A stretch of 64,000 bases of DNA from positions 7,068,001 through 7,132,000 of the forward strand of contig CATNEN010000007.1 of the NCBI GenBank assembly GCA_950097015.1. The letters run 5' to 3'. The notes under the pieces are model-generated. The model did not search any database and was not told the DNA's origin. It saw only the letters and a program-made list of their open reading frames with translations. Of the stretch, positions 35,716 through 48,580 are shown piece by piece. Position 1 is the first letter of the stretch; every line of letters begins with the position of its first letter. The DNA is from Macrostomum hystrix. Its lineage: Eukaryota > Animalia > Platyhelminthes. A program made the translations under genes and the position numbers.

Positions 35716-36020
35716 ACTCCCGGCACACAACCTCACTCCCGGCACACAACCTCACTCCCGGCACACAACCTCACTCCCGGCACACAACCTCACTCCCGGC
35801 ACACAACCTCACTCCCGGCACACAACCTCACTCCCGGCACACAACCTCACTCCCGGCACACAACCTCACTCCCGGCACACAACCTCACTCCCGGCACACA
35901 ACCTCACTCCCGGCCCTCGACCTTACTCCCGGCACACAACCTCACTCCCGGCACACAACCTCACTCCCGGCACACAACCTCACTCCCGGCACACAACCTC
36001 ACTCCCGGCACACAACCTCT
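35716..36020. repeat. 19-bp minisatellite CTCCCGGCACACAACCTCA
   Basis: Direct inspection; intronic. Confidence 0.94.
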
Positions 36021-36126
36021 CTCTCTCTCCCGGCTCACCACCTCACTCGCGGCCCCACCACTTCATTCCGGGATTAGAAGCTAACATTTTAGGCCTCACT
36101 GTGCCTTCTCCGCTTTCCTATTTCAG

Positions 36127-36281
36127 CTATTCTCAGATCTACTTCGTCGGACCCAATGTGAAAAAGCGTCAAGCGATTCCTGGCGGGCCAAACAACTGCG
36201 GCTTTGACGATGACCAGGGCTCCTATCAGCACACGCCGCACGATCACATTGCCTATCGATATGAGGTGCTCAAAGTTATTG
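36127..36281 (+). CDS. DYRK2: DYRK2/3-class kinase exon (NAPA2, DH box)
   Basis: [51 protein letters not shown](G). Confidence 0.95.
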
Positions 36282-36385
36282 GTGAGTTGGGCGAAGCCTT
36301 TTCTTGCAAAACTAATAATCACTCTTGAAAAAAACTATTTCTTTATCACCTCTAGACCTGATCGATTCCTACAGTCCATCGCTGC

Positions 36386-36982
36386 TCAAATCTTTCTGAT
36401 CCCCAAATCCCTACTTCTCAAATCTGTCTGATCCCCAAATCCCTACTTCTCAAATCTGTCTGATCCCCATATCCCTACCTCTCAAATCTGTCTGATCCCC
36501 ATATCCCTACCTCTCAAATCTGTCCCCAAATCTCTTACTTCTCACATCTATTTGAGATCTTTCTGATCCTCAAATCTGTCTGATCCTCAAATCAGTCTGA
36601 TCCTCAAATCTGTCTGATCCTCAAATCTGTCTGATCCTCAAATCTGTCTGATCCTCAAATCTGTCTGATCCTCAAATCTGTCTGATCCTCAAATCTGTCT
36701 GATCCTCAAATCAGTCTGATCCTCAAATCAGTCTGATCCTCAAATCAGTCTGATCCTCAAATCTGTCTGATCCTCAAATCTGTCTGATCCTCAAATCTGT
36801 CTGATCCTCAAATCTGTCTGATCCTCAAATCTGTCTGATCCTCAAATCAGTCTGATCCTCAAATCAGTCTGATCCTCAAATCAGTCTGATCCTCAAATCT
36901 GTCTGATCCTCAAATCTGTCTGATCCTCAAATCTGTCTGATCCTCAAATCTGTCTGATCCTCAAACACCCTTACTTCTCAAA
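36386..36982. repeat. 17-bp minisatellite TCTGATCCTCAAATCTG with longer precursor-like units at the 5' side
   Basis: Direct inspection; intronic. Confidence 0.93.
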
Positions 36983-37809
36983 ATGTGATCATGAAGTCCC
37001 ACACAACATATGCCGCATTAGTAATATCCACCGTTAAGTTGCCATAAAAGTGCAGCTCAATTATTCGATTCGAGTACAAAAGCGAAACAGAAGTTTTCCT
37101 GCTCGAAACAAAATCCCCCTGTTCCAAGCCCCCCTCCGATTCCAGCTGATTTTCGCTACCGCTTGTCGCTTTGAGGGGCTCGATCAGGTTGGGGATTGAG
37201 AAAGAGCCGAATGGGGCGTAGGTGAGGGGGTGGCTACTCGACTAATGACTCGCGTCGGACCGGAGCTCGCGAGTCGCCTCATTTGCACTTTTTCCTTCTT
37301 CGCTCCATTCTTTCTGGTTCACTTTTTTGCCTTTGTAATTGTTGTTCTCTTATCTTAGGGTTTCGGGTTTCAACGGCTGTTTAATGGTTGCCATGACGTT
37401 GCTAATGACTCTAGTTTTCTATGTACCGCCTGATGAATATTGAGTTGTTGTTTTTTTCGGCCAAGCCAGTGCAGTTTGAGCTGACTTTTCTCATCACTCC
37501 GGACTTAGTGCTGAGTACACTGTGATTTCGTGATTAATTCTCATCCCAAGCCAGGGCTTTGTCCTAGCATGGCAGCAAGCAGAGCGCGACATCCTTTGCC
37601 ACCCGAGTCTGCTTTGCACTTTTTTCCCAGAACTCACCATCTTGCCTGTATAATACTGAGCACTATTGAATTCGCCATTGAAGCTACATATTGATTTATC
37701 GATTATCTAGGCATGACTTGTTCTTAGAACAAGCTATTTGCTTTTTTGTTAGCCCTTTGCAGTTCGGAAACTTGCCATGACAAACCTTACGCTCGTATCT
37801 GCACTAGCA

Positions 37810-38376
37810 TGCCTTCCCCGCCACCCTGCCTTCCCCGCCACCCTGCCTTCCCCGCCACCCTGCCTTCCCCGCCACCCTGCCTTCCCCGCCACCCTGCCTT
37901 CCCTGCCACCCTGCCTTCCCCGCCACCCTGCCTTCCCCGCCACCCTGCCTTCCCCGCCACCCTGCCTTCCCCGCCACCCTGCCTTCCCTGCCACCCTGCC
38001 TTCCCCGCCACCCTGCCTTCCCCGCCACCCTGACTTCCCCGCCACCCTGCCTTCCCCGCCACCCTGCCTTCCCCGCCACCCTGCCTTCCCCACCACCCTG
38101 CCTTCCCCGCCACCCTGCCTTCCCCGCCACCCTGCCTTCCCCACCACCCTGCCTTCCCCACCACCCTGCCTTCCCCGCCACCCTGCCTTCCCCACCACCC
38201 TGCCTTCCCCGCCACCCTGCCTTCCCCGCCACCCTGCCTTCCCCGCCACCCTGCCTTCCCCGCCACCCTGCCTTCCCCGCCACCCTGCCTTCCCCGCCAC
38301 CCTGCCTTCCCCGCCACCCTGCCTTCCCCGCCACCCTGCCTTCCCTGCCACCCTGCATTCCCCGCCACCCTGCCTT
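37810..38376. repeat. 17-bp C-rich minisatellite GCCTTCCCCGCCACCCT
   Basis: Direct inspection; intronic. Confidence 0.95.
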
Positions 38377-38446
38377 CAGGGCCTGGCTTCTTGACTTGCA
38401 TGAAGCCACTGACTAGTTATAAAATCCCAATCACCGCCTTTTCCAG

Positions 38447-38790
38447 GCAAGGGCAGCTTCGGGCAGGTGCTGAAGTGCTTCGACCACAAGACCGGGCAGC
38501 ACGTGGCCCTGAAGATGGTGCGCAACGAGAAGCGCTTCAGCCGTCAGGCCGCCGAGGAAGTCCGTATCCTGGAGCTGCTGAAGCGGCAGGATCGCGACAG
38601 CTGCTGCAATGTGGTGCACATCCTGGAGACTTTCACATTTCGCAATCACGTCTGCATCGTGTTCGAGCTGCTCTCCATGAACCTGTACGAGCTGGTGCGC
38701 AAGAACCGCTTCCAGGGCTTCTCGCTGCAGCTGGTCAGGAAGTTCGCCCACTCCATTCTGCAGTGCCTGGAGCTGCTGCATCGCAACAAG
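38447..38790 (+). CDS. DYRK2: DYRK2/3-class kinase exon (subdomains I-VI)
   Basis: [31 protein letters not shown]...[11 protein letters not shown]...LHRNK. Confidence 0.95.
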
Positions 38791-39808
38791 GTCAGGCGTG
38801 GCCTGGGGTCGAGTGGCTCAGATGAGAACGTTTTCACTTTCCTCAGCTCACCTTCGGCTTACTTCCACCGACGCACTCTTGCCTTCGCCTTCTTTCCCTC
38901 GATTTTATCTGTCGTGTCATTTTATTTCTGGTTTTCTTCCATTATACCTTCCTTTTTGTGTCTTTTCTAACCCTCGCCCTCGCCTTCCAATATCGCCCAT
39001 CGCCCTCGCCTCTCGCCCTCGCCTCTCGCGCTCACCTCTCGCCCTCCACTCTCTTTTTAACCCATATTCCTCTCGCCTCGCCTCTCGCCTCTCGCGCCCA
39101 CCTCTCGCCCTCCACTCTCTTTTAACTCATCTTCCTCTTGACCTTGACCTCGCCTCTCACCCTCGCCTATCGCCCTCGTCTCGCCTCTTTAGATCTTTTT
39201 ACTTTACTTACTGTTGCTCCCATCGCTGTTCCTCTCGCTCTGTCACTCTCCTTTCTCCATTCATACAAGAATATGTATGAATATTTTACCCCCGTCTATT
39301 CGTAGCCCCACTCCCTCCCTGCCTGTTGGGCAACAATTATCGAGGCTAATTTATCCTTGGCACAGAGCCAGGGCTAGTACTAAAATAACAAGAGGTGGGC
39401 ACGCATAGGAACGTAGAGAGGTTGCTAGGCCGGTCCAGTATATCGAGCCTCGCATTTGCATATACTTAGTATAGTCTTCGTGTGTATCAACTCATCTACA
39501 AAATCGCTCGCTGCAATTTGAGAGGTGAATTACAGGGCGCACCTGTATGGCCAGACTAACAAGCTGCCCAAACTCGCTGGGATTTTATTCCCAAATCTCC
39601 CTATTTTCTCATGTCTTCTCTTCTCTCTCTCTAATTTCATTTCGAATGGTTTTTCGCAAGCTGAGCTTCATGCTAATTATGATGAGACAGCAGCATGTGG
39701 TCACTTAAAAGGGATTGAATTAAGTATTTTTCGTATATCGATTTTCAGATATTGGCAAAAGAGTACAATACTCCTGCCTAGGCATGCACATTTTTTAGAG
39801 CTTTGCTA

Positions 39809-41155
39809 AGAGAGGCACAGCTCAGGTAGAGAGGCACAGCTCAGATAGAGAGGCATAGCTCAGGTAGAGAGGCACAGCTCAGGTAGAGAGGCATAGCTCA
39901 GGTAGAGAGGCACAGCTCAGGTAGAGAGGCATAGCTCAGGTAGAGAGGCATAGCTCAGGTAGAGAGGCACAGCTCAGATAGAGAGGCACAGCTCAGGTAG
40001 AGAGGCATAGCTCAGGTAGAGAGGCACAGCTCAGGTAGAGAGGCATAGCTCAGGTAGAGAGGCATAGCTCAGATAGAGAGGCATAGCTCAGGTAGAGAGG
40101 CATAGCTCAGGTAGAGAGGCATAGCTCAGATAGAGAGGCATAGCTCAGGTAGAGAGGCATAGCTCAGGTAGAGAGGCATAGCTCAGGTAGAGAGGCATAG
40201 CTCAGGTAGAGAGGCATAGCTCAGGTAGAGAGGCATAGCTCAGGTAGAGAGGCATAGCTCAGGTAGAGAGGCACAGCTCAGGTAGAGAGGCACAGCTCAG
40301 GTAGAGAGGCATAGCTCAGATAGAGAGGCATAGCTCAGGTAGAGAGGCATAGCTCAGATAGAGAGGCACAGCTCAGGTAGAGAGGCATAGCTCAGGTAGA
40401 GAGGCACAGCTCAGGTAGAGAGGCATAGCTCAGGTAGAGAGGCATAGCTCAGGTAGAGAGGCATAGCTCAGGTAGAGAGGCATAGCTCAGGTAGAGAGGC
40501 ATAGCTCAGGTAGAGAGGCACAGCTCAGGTAGAGAGGCACAGCTCAGGTAGAGAGGCATAGCTCAGATAGAGAGGCATAGCTCAGGTAGAGAGGCATAGC
40601 TCAGATAGAGAGGCACAGCTCAGGTAGAGAGGCATAGCTCAGGTAGAGAGGCACAGCTCAGGTAGAGAGGCATAGCTCAGGTAGAGAGGCATAGCTCAGA
40701 TAGAGAGGCATAGCTCAGGTAGAGAGGCATAGCTCAGGTAGAGAGGCATAGCTCAGGTAGAGAGGCATAGCTCAGATAGAGAGGCATAGCTCAGGTAGAG
40801 AGGCATAGCTCAGGTAGAGAGGCATAGCTCAGGTAGAGAGGCATAGCTCAGATAGAGAGGCATAGCTCAGGTAGAGAGGCATAGCTCAGGTAGAGAGGCA
40901 TAGCTCAGGTAGAGAGGCACAGCTCAGGTAGAGAGGCATAGCTCAGGTAGAGAGGCATAGCTCAGATAGAGAGGCATAGCTCAGGTAGAGAGGCATAGCT
41001 CAGGTAGAGAGGCATAGCTCAGGTAGAGAGGCATAGCTCAGATAGAGAGGCATAGCTCAGGTAGAGAGGCATAGCTCAGGTAGAGAGGCATAGCTCAGGT
41101 AGAGAGGCATAGCTCAGATAGAGAGGCATAGCTCAGGTAGAGAGGCATAGCTGAG
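39809..41155. repeat. 19-bp minisatellite AGAGAGGCATAGCTCAGGT (about 70 units)
   Basis: Direct inspection; intronic. Confidence 0.97.
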
Positions 41156-41202
41156 AGAGGAGCACATTTTAAAGGCTAATTATTTTACATGGAATAAACT
41201 GA

Positions 41203-41457
<255 letters not shown>

Positions 41458-41780
41458 TGATATTTAAAGCGCTAGGACTCACTTGCTTCATTTATTGCCG
41501 ACCTATCCGCTCCAGCACTCAGCCACCCGCTCCGCTCCCCCTTCCGCTCTCTACTGCAACAATCAGCCAGCCCACTACGTTTCATCCTTCCGCTCTCTAC
41601 TCCACCACTCAGCCACCCGCTCCGCTCCTCCCTTCCGCTCTCTACTCTACCACTCAGCCACCCCGCTCCGCTCCGTCCTTCCACTCTGCTCCCCTCCGGG
41701 CTCTTTGCTTCCACTCTTCTCAATCCGCTCCTTCCGCTCTCTACCCAGATCTCCACTGCCCGCCCGCCCTTTCATCGCAG

Positions 41781-42244
41781 GCTATCCGCTGTTCCCAGGC
41801 GAAGACGAAGGCGACCAGCTGGCCTGCATCATGGAGCTGTGCGGCACGCCGCCGCAGGCTCTCCTGGACGCCTGCCGCCGCACAAAGGTGTTCTTTTCCT
41901 CCCGCGGGCTGCCCCGCTACTCCTCCGTGGAGGCCGGCCCGGACGGCACGCCGCTGCTGAAGGGCGGCCGGTCGAGGCGCGGCAAATTCCGCGGCCCACC
42001 CGGGAGCCGCGACCTGCCAGCCGCTCTCAAAGGCACCGGCGCCGCTGTGGACCTCCTCTTTCTGGACTTCCTGAAGCGCTGCCTTCACTGGCTACCAGAG
42101 GAGCGAATGACTCCGCGAGAGGCTCTGCGTCACGACTGGCTGAAGCGGCGCCTGCCCAGACCGCCTGGGCCTCCCACCGCCGCCATGGGGGCCGTAGCTG
42201 GCGCGCAATTGCAGAAAGAATGCGCTGCTGGCTCAGCTGGTTGA
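41781..42244 (+). CDS. DYRK2: DYRK2/3-class kinase last coding exon
   Basis: [20 protein letters not shown]...[15 protein letters not shown]...[34 protein letters not shown]..., stop at 42244. Confidence 0.92.
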
Positions 42245-42307
42245 AACCCACTTTTGACTATTGGCCTATGCGTCTCTTCCTCAGTTTATACTTGGCCACT
42301 ACTCTCT

Positions 42308-43048
42308 TCCTCTCTTCCGCCCCTCCTATCTTCCGCCCCTCCTATCTTCCGCCCTCCTATCTTCCGCCACTCCTATCTTCCGCCCTCCTATCTTCCGCCC
42401 CTCCTATCTTCCGACCCTCCTGTCTTCCGCCCCTTCCCTCTTCCGCCCCTCCTCTCTTCCGCCCCTCCTATCTTCCGCCCCTCCTATCTTCCGCCCCCCT
42501 ATCTTCTGCCCCTCCTATCTTCCGCCCCTCCTGTCTTCCGCCCCTTCCCTCTTCCGCCCCTTCTTTCTTCCGCCCCTTTTCTTTTCCGCCCCTCCTCTCT
42601 TCCACCCGTCCTATCTTCCACCCCTCCTATCTTCCGCCCCTCCTGTCTTCCGCCCCTCCTGTCTTCCGCCCCTCCTGTCTTCTGCCCCTCCTATTTTCCG
42701 CCCGTCCTACGTTCCACCCCTCCTATCTTCGCCCCTCCTATCTTCCGCCCCTCCTATCTTCTGCCCCTCCAATCTTCCGCCCCTCCTATCTTCCGCCCCT
42801 CCCCTCTTCCGCCCCTTCTTTCTTCTGCCCCTTTTCTTTTCCACCCCTCCTATCTTCCACCCGTCCTATCTTCCACACCTCCTATCTTCCGCCCCTCCTG
42901 TCTTCTGCCCCTCCTGTCTTCTGCCCTCCTTTTTTCCGCCCCTCCTACGTTCCACCCCTCCTATCTTCCGCCCCTCCTATCTTCTGCCCCTCCTATCTTC
43001 GCCCCTCCTATCATCCGCCCCTCCTATCTTCCGCCCCTCCTATCTTCC
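42308..43048. repeat. About 17-bp minisatellite TCTTCCGCCCCTCCTA
   Basis: Direct inspection; just downstream of the DYRK stop. Confidence 0.92.
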
Positions 43049-43652
43049 TTTCGCCTCGCGCCTCTTCCGCCCTTTCTCTCTTTTCCACCCCTTCTCTTTT
43101 CCGCCCGTCGTCTCTTCCTTCCCCTCAACCCGTAGAAATGCGCATCGATTACTGCACGTGACAGCTTAGCTTTGTGCTGGCTTCAGATTTCAGTTTTGTC
43201 ACGTGACTGCCGATAAAGAAGCTGCCGAGACTTTTGAGCAAATCAGACTAGAAAGTCTGCAGGTGAATTTTAGTACGCGTATGGATGTTTTTAGCACACG
43301 CTGACGCGAATGCTGGCAGAAGCACTTTGCACACGCAGATATGGTATTCAATTTCGCGCTCTTCCACGCTGCCTGCCCTGTTTCAACATTCACTAAATTG
43401 TTTACAGCAGTTACTCGCCCAATTGACTGAGAAATTGATTTAACTGAAAACTGGCTTACTCACAAATGGCTTTATTTAGTTTTCACCCAATTTTCTGCTT
43501 TGCTCTTCAATTCTGATTTCGCACTATTGTGTTGTAATTATTTTTTGTTTATCGACAAATTGAATGCGTATTTTTATATGACAGATTTTGCTACTTTGGA
43601 TATAGCTCATCAACTTTCTTGCTCTAACGAAGAGAATCACAATTAAAAAACT

Positions 43653-45677
43653 AAATTGTTGTAGCCAATGATTGCAGGAGGACAGCCACCCCAGTCAATA
43701 GTTGTAGCCAATGATTGCAGGAGGACAGCCACCCCAGTCAATAGTTGTAGCCAATGATTGCAGGAGGACAGCCACCCCACGTTAATAGTTGTAGCCAATG
43801 ATTGCAGAAGGACAGCCACCCCACGTCAATAGTTGTTGCCAATGATTGCAGAAGGACAGCCACCCCACGTCAATAGTTGTTGCCAATGATTGCAAAAGGA
43901 CAGCCACCCCACGGTAAATAGTTTTAGCCAGTGATTGCAGGAGGACAGCCACCCCACGTTAATAGTTGTAGCCAATGATTGCAGAAGGACAGCCACCCCA
44001 CGTTAATAGTTGTTGCCAATGATTGCAAAAGGACAGCCACCCCACGTCAATAGTTGTAGCCAATGATTGCAAAAGGACAGCCACCCCACGGTAAATAGTT
44101 TTAGCCAGTGATTGCAGGAGGACAGCCACCCCTCGTTAATAGTTGTTGCCAATGATTGCAAAAGGACAGCCACCCCACGTCAATAGTTGTTGCCAATGAT
44201 TGCAGGAGGACAGCCACCCCACGGTAAATAGTTTTAGCCAGTGATTGCAGGAGGACAGCCACCCCACGGTAAATTGTTTTAGCCAATGATTGCAGAAGGA
44301 CAGCCACCCCACGGTAAATTGTTTTAGCCAATGATTGCAGAAGGACAGCCACCCCACGTCAATAGTTGTTGCCAATGATTTCTGGAGGACAGCCACCCCA
44401 CGTTAATAGTTGTAGCCAATGATTGCAGAAGGACAGCCACCCCACGTTAATAGTTGTAGCCAATGATTGCAGAAGGACAGCCACCCCACGGTAAATAGTT
44501 GTAGCCAATGATTTCTGGAGGACAGCCACCCCACGTTAATAGTTGTAGCCAATGATTGCAAAAGGACAGCCACCCCACGGTAAATAGTTTTAGCCAGTGA
44601 TTGCAGGAGGACAGCCACCCCACGGTAAATTGTTTTAGCCAATGATTGCAGAAGGACAGCCACCCCACGGTAAATTGTTTTAGCCAATGATTGCAGAAGG
44701 ACAGCCACCCCACGGTAAATAGTTGTAGCCAATGATTTCTGGAGGACAGCCACCCCACGTTAATAGTTGTAGCCAATGATTGCAGAAGGACAGCCACCCC
44801 ACGTCAATAGTTGTTGCCAATGATTGCAAAAGGACAGCCACCCCACGATAATTGTTTTAGCCAATGATTGCAGAAGGACAGCCACCCCACGGTAAATTGT
44901 TTTAGCCAATGATTGCAGAAGGACAGCCACCCCACGATAAATTGTTTTAGCCAATGATTGCAGAAGGACAGCCACCCCACGGTAAATTGTTTTAGCCAAT
45001 GATTGCAGAAGGACAGCCACCCCACGTTAATAGTTGTAGCCAATGATTGCAGAAGGACAGCCACCCCACGTTAATAGTTGTAGCCAATGATTGCAGAAGG
45101 ACAGCCATTCACGTTAATAGTTGTAGCCAATGATTGCAAAAGGACAGCCACCCCACGGTAAATTGTTTTAGCCAATGATTGCAGAAGGACAGCCACCCCA
45201 CGATAAATTGTTTTAGCCAATGATTGCAGAAGGACAGCCACCCCATGGTAAATTGTTTTAGCCAATGATTGCAGAAGGACAGCCACCCCACGTCAATAGT
45301 TGTAGCCAATGATTGCAGAAGGACAGCCACCCCACGTTAATAGTTGTAGCCAATGATTGCAGAAGGACAGCCACCCCACGTTAATAGTTGTTGCCAATGA
45401 TTGCAAAAGGACAGCCACCCCACGTCAATAGTTGTTGCCAATGATTGCAAAAGGACAGCCACCCCACGGTAAATAGTTTTAGCCAGTGATTGCAGGAGGA
45501 CAGCCACCCCACGGTAAATTGTTTTAGCCAATGATTGCAGAAGGACAGCCACCCCACGGTAAATTGTTTTAGCCAATGATTGCAGAAGGACAGCCACCCC
45601 ACGGTAAATAGTTGTAGCCAATGATTTCTGGAGGACAGCCACCCCACGTTAATAGTTGTAGCCAATGATTGCAGAAG
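43653..45677. repeat. 44/45-bp minisatellite AATAGTTGTAGCCAATGATTGCAGAAGGACAGCCACCCCACGTT (about 45 units)
   Basis: Direct inspection; head-to-tail with no spacers. Confidence 0.97.
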
Positions 45678-46252
45678 TTTGGACAGATCGGTTAGAAGTA
45701 TACTGTGCAATGCTTATTTGTGTAGTCTACTGAGTTTACTGCTTTACAAATCCATTTTTTTATATTTACTAGCTTGATTTTATTTAGGCAGAACAGTTCT
45801 GCCTTTTGCTTAAAATTCGCTTCTAGCAACGTTCCCTTTGCTTTTTGGCGGCCTAGTCCTTTCCGAAGCACAAACTTGTTTCATCCTATAACTTTATTCA
45901 TCACACTACTAAAAGTAGCATCTAGAATATTTCTTTGTAAAAATTCAGCTTTGAATTGCTTGCTTTAATACTTGTGATATTTTTCGTCTGGCTTCGATCT
46001 GTGATGAGGATCTATTCATTCATTGCATTGCAATATTAATTATTATTTATAATTCTATGTACAATGTGACTGATAATTCCCTTTCAGTTTTAATGCACAT
46101 TCGTGCTTGTTCTAACTTTGTAAAACAAAAAAGTTCGATTCCTTAACTTTAGTTTCTGCTTATGTTCTGTTGCTCAGTTTGCTTTGTCTCTAGATTCTGA
46201 GGCCTCGACTTTACATGGTCTCAAAAAATGTAATTTAATCTCACCCTTCTTT

Positions 46253-46953
46253 ATCTCACAGTCTCCAATCTCACAGTCTCCAATCTCACAGTCTCCAATC
46301 CCACAGTCTCCAATCTCACAGTCTCCAATCTCACAGTCTCCAATCTCACAATCTCCTATCTCACAGTCTCCAATCTCACAGTCTCCAATCTCACAGTCTC
46401 CAATCACACAGTCTCCAATCTCACAGTCTCCAATCACACAGTCTCCAGTCTCACAGTCTCCAATCTCACAGTCTCCAATCTCACAGTCTCCAATCTCACA
46501 GTCTCCAATCTCACAGTCTCCAATCTCACAGTCTCCAATCTCACAGTCTCCAGTCTCACAGTCTCTAATCTCACAGTCTCCAGTCTCACAGTCTCCAGTC
46601 TCACAGTCTCCAATCTCACAGTCTCCAATCTCACAGTCTCCAATCTCACAGTCTCCAATCTCACAATCTCCTATCTCACAGTCTCCAATCTCACAGTCTT
46701 CAATCTCACAGTCTCCAATCTCACAGTCTCCAATCTCACAGTCTCCAATCTCACAGTCTCCAATCCCACAGTCTCCAATCTCACAGTCTCCAATCTCACA
46801 GTCTCCAATCTCACAATCTCCTATCTCACAGTCTCCAATCTCACAGTCTCCAGTCTCACAGTCTCCAATCTCACAGTCTCCAATCTCACAGTCTCCAATC
46901 TCACAGTCTCCAGTCTCACAGTCTCCAATCTCACAGTCTCCAGTCTCACAGTC
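46253..46953. repeat. 15-bp minisatellite TCTCACAGTCTCCAA
   Basis: Direct inspection; same unit as 61855-63769. Confidence 0.96.
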
Positions 46954-47951
46954 AAGTGAGATGCAGCAGTTGCAGCTTCCAGTACGCGGTACAGTTGTCA
47001 GTACAATCCGTTTGCACATTTTGGTAATTGCCTTTATCTCTGAGTTTTACAGTTCGGCCCTCTGATTGGTGTTGTATTGCAATTATTTTGCTTATAACTC
47101 TTTATCCCACTGAAATAATTAAAAAAAATAAAATTGTTTTTCCTAGGATTTATCCAGTCGAATAGCTAATTTTAGAAGCATATTTTGTGGGAGAATATTT
47201 TTGTTGGGTTGAGAATCAGCATGATGCAAATGTTGCTTTTTTAGATGGCTTAATAGTTAAATTACTATTTTAGCATGGCTATTTATACCTATTGATACCT
47301 GGATCTAAAATCAGTGTTTCGCGAGTCTCATATTTCCATTAATTTCGTATGCAGAATTTCTTTTATTCTCTGCCCATCAAAAATAGTTTTCCCTCCAACG
47401 AGTAGATTTGCTTGCGCTTCAGTTCAAGTATTTTTTGAAAATCTAATTTGTATTGTTTTCTAAATAAATGGTTTATTAATGATCTCAAAATTTACGAGTA
47501 GAACACATTGTTGATGAATGAGAGAATTTAACATAAAATGCAATAGCTGAGCTGGCTGGTTTAAGAAATAAATAGTTATTGCTTTTGTCTCGTATTCTTT
47601 TATTTTAATTATAGTACTTTACCTAATAAAAAGTAATGTAAACTATGGTTTGATGTAAATTACAGTTCAAATTCCGATCCAAGGAAAATTTCCGTTTTGA
47701 ATTGTCAAAGGAAATCCCGAATTTCCAATATCCATGTCAAATCGCAGTTTCTTAGTATTAGCGTGAAAACTTTGCAGCCTTTGTAACCTGGAATCCAAGG
47801 AAAACTATTACTCGCAATAACATCTTAGAGAAGTCCCTTTTAGTGTCGAAGGGAAATTACTTTTAATCTTGAAAGAAAATACATTTTAATGTTTAAATAA
47901 ATAGATACTAAAAGAGATTTCCCTGGAGAATAACTGGGGATTTTCCTTAAA

Positions 47952-48108
47952 TACTAAAGGGATTTCCGTTGGTTACTAAAAGGGATTTCCCTTCACCACT
48001 AAAAGGGATTTCCCTTCACCACTAAAAGGGATTTCCCTTCACCACTAAAAGGGATTTCCCTTCACCACTAAAAGGGATTTCCCTTCACCACTAAAAGGGA
48101 TTTCCCTT
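47952..48108. repeat. 23-bp repeat ACTAAAAGGGATTTCCCTTCACC
   Basis: About six near-perfect units. Confidence 0.9.
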
Positions 48109-48194
48109 CGTGTATAGTTTTCTTGGAAAATCCTCGAAAATAATTTCTTAGACAGGTGCTAGTCTGTTAGCAGTAGAAAGGTCACGCTATTTCC

Positions 48195-48580
48195 CCCTAG
48201 GGAAAGATCCCCTAGGGGCAGTTCAAATACTCCCAGCCCACTTCACAATAGCTCTCAAGCCGAATGACCGATTTTCAGGAAAGGCCACCATATGGGTAAA
48301 CATTTTCCGCCCTTTTCGATGAACTAACTTTCAAAGCCGTCCGAGTCACCATCGTCGAGATATTCAGCGATGCTTGTCGAAGATCCTGGTGACAAGGATT
48401 ACGCAGATTTATCTGTAATAAAAAGTCTCGACGAGAATCGTTGAATATCCCGACGATGCCGATGTTTTGTGATTCTGAAAGTTGTTCAATCGATTAGAGC
48501 GGAACATTTTAGCCAGTGATCATGATTTTCACGGTGTTTGGGAGATGCAGACAGATGGAAATTGTGGGGATTTGAAATAG
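48195..48580 (+). repeat. Unclassified dispersed repeat, copy 2
   Basis: Same-orientation diverged match to 14603-14960. Confidence 0.65.

Noticed and set aside
41839-43169. 440-aa and other Pro/Ser-rich ORFs overlapping the DYRK 3' end
   Set aside because: Off-frame readings of the kinase exon that run into a 17-bp repeat.
43653-45677. CRISPR-like array, or ER stress element array
   Set aside because: Units are head-to-tail with no unique spacers, there are no cas genes and the context is eukaryotic. CCAAT-to-CCACG spacing is about 21 nt rather than the 9 nt of ERSE.
46174-47065. SQSPI/GDCEI pentapeptide-repeat proteins (also 61834-63927)
   Set aside because: A 15-bp unit keeps frames open; the second copy is intronic and broken by 13-bp units.
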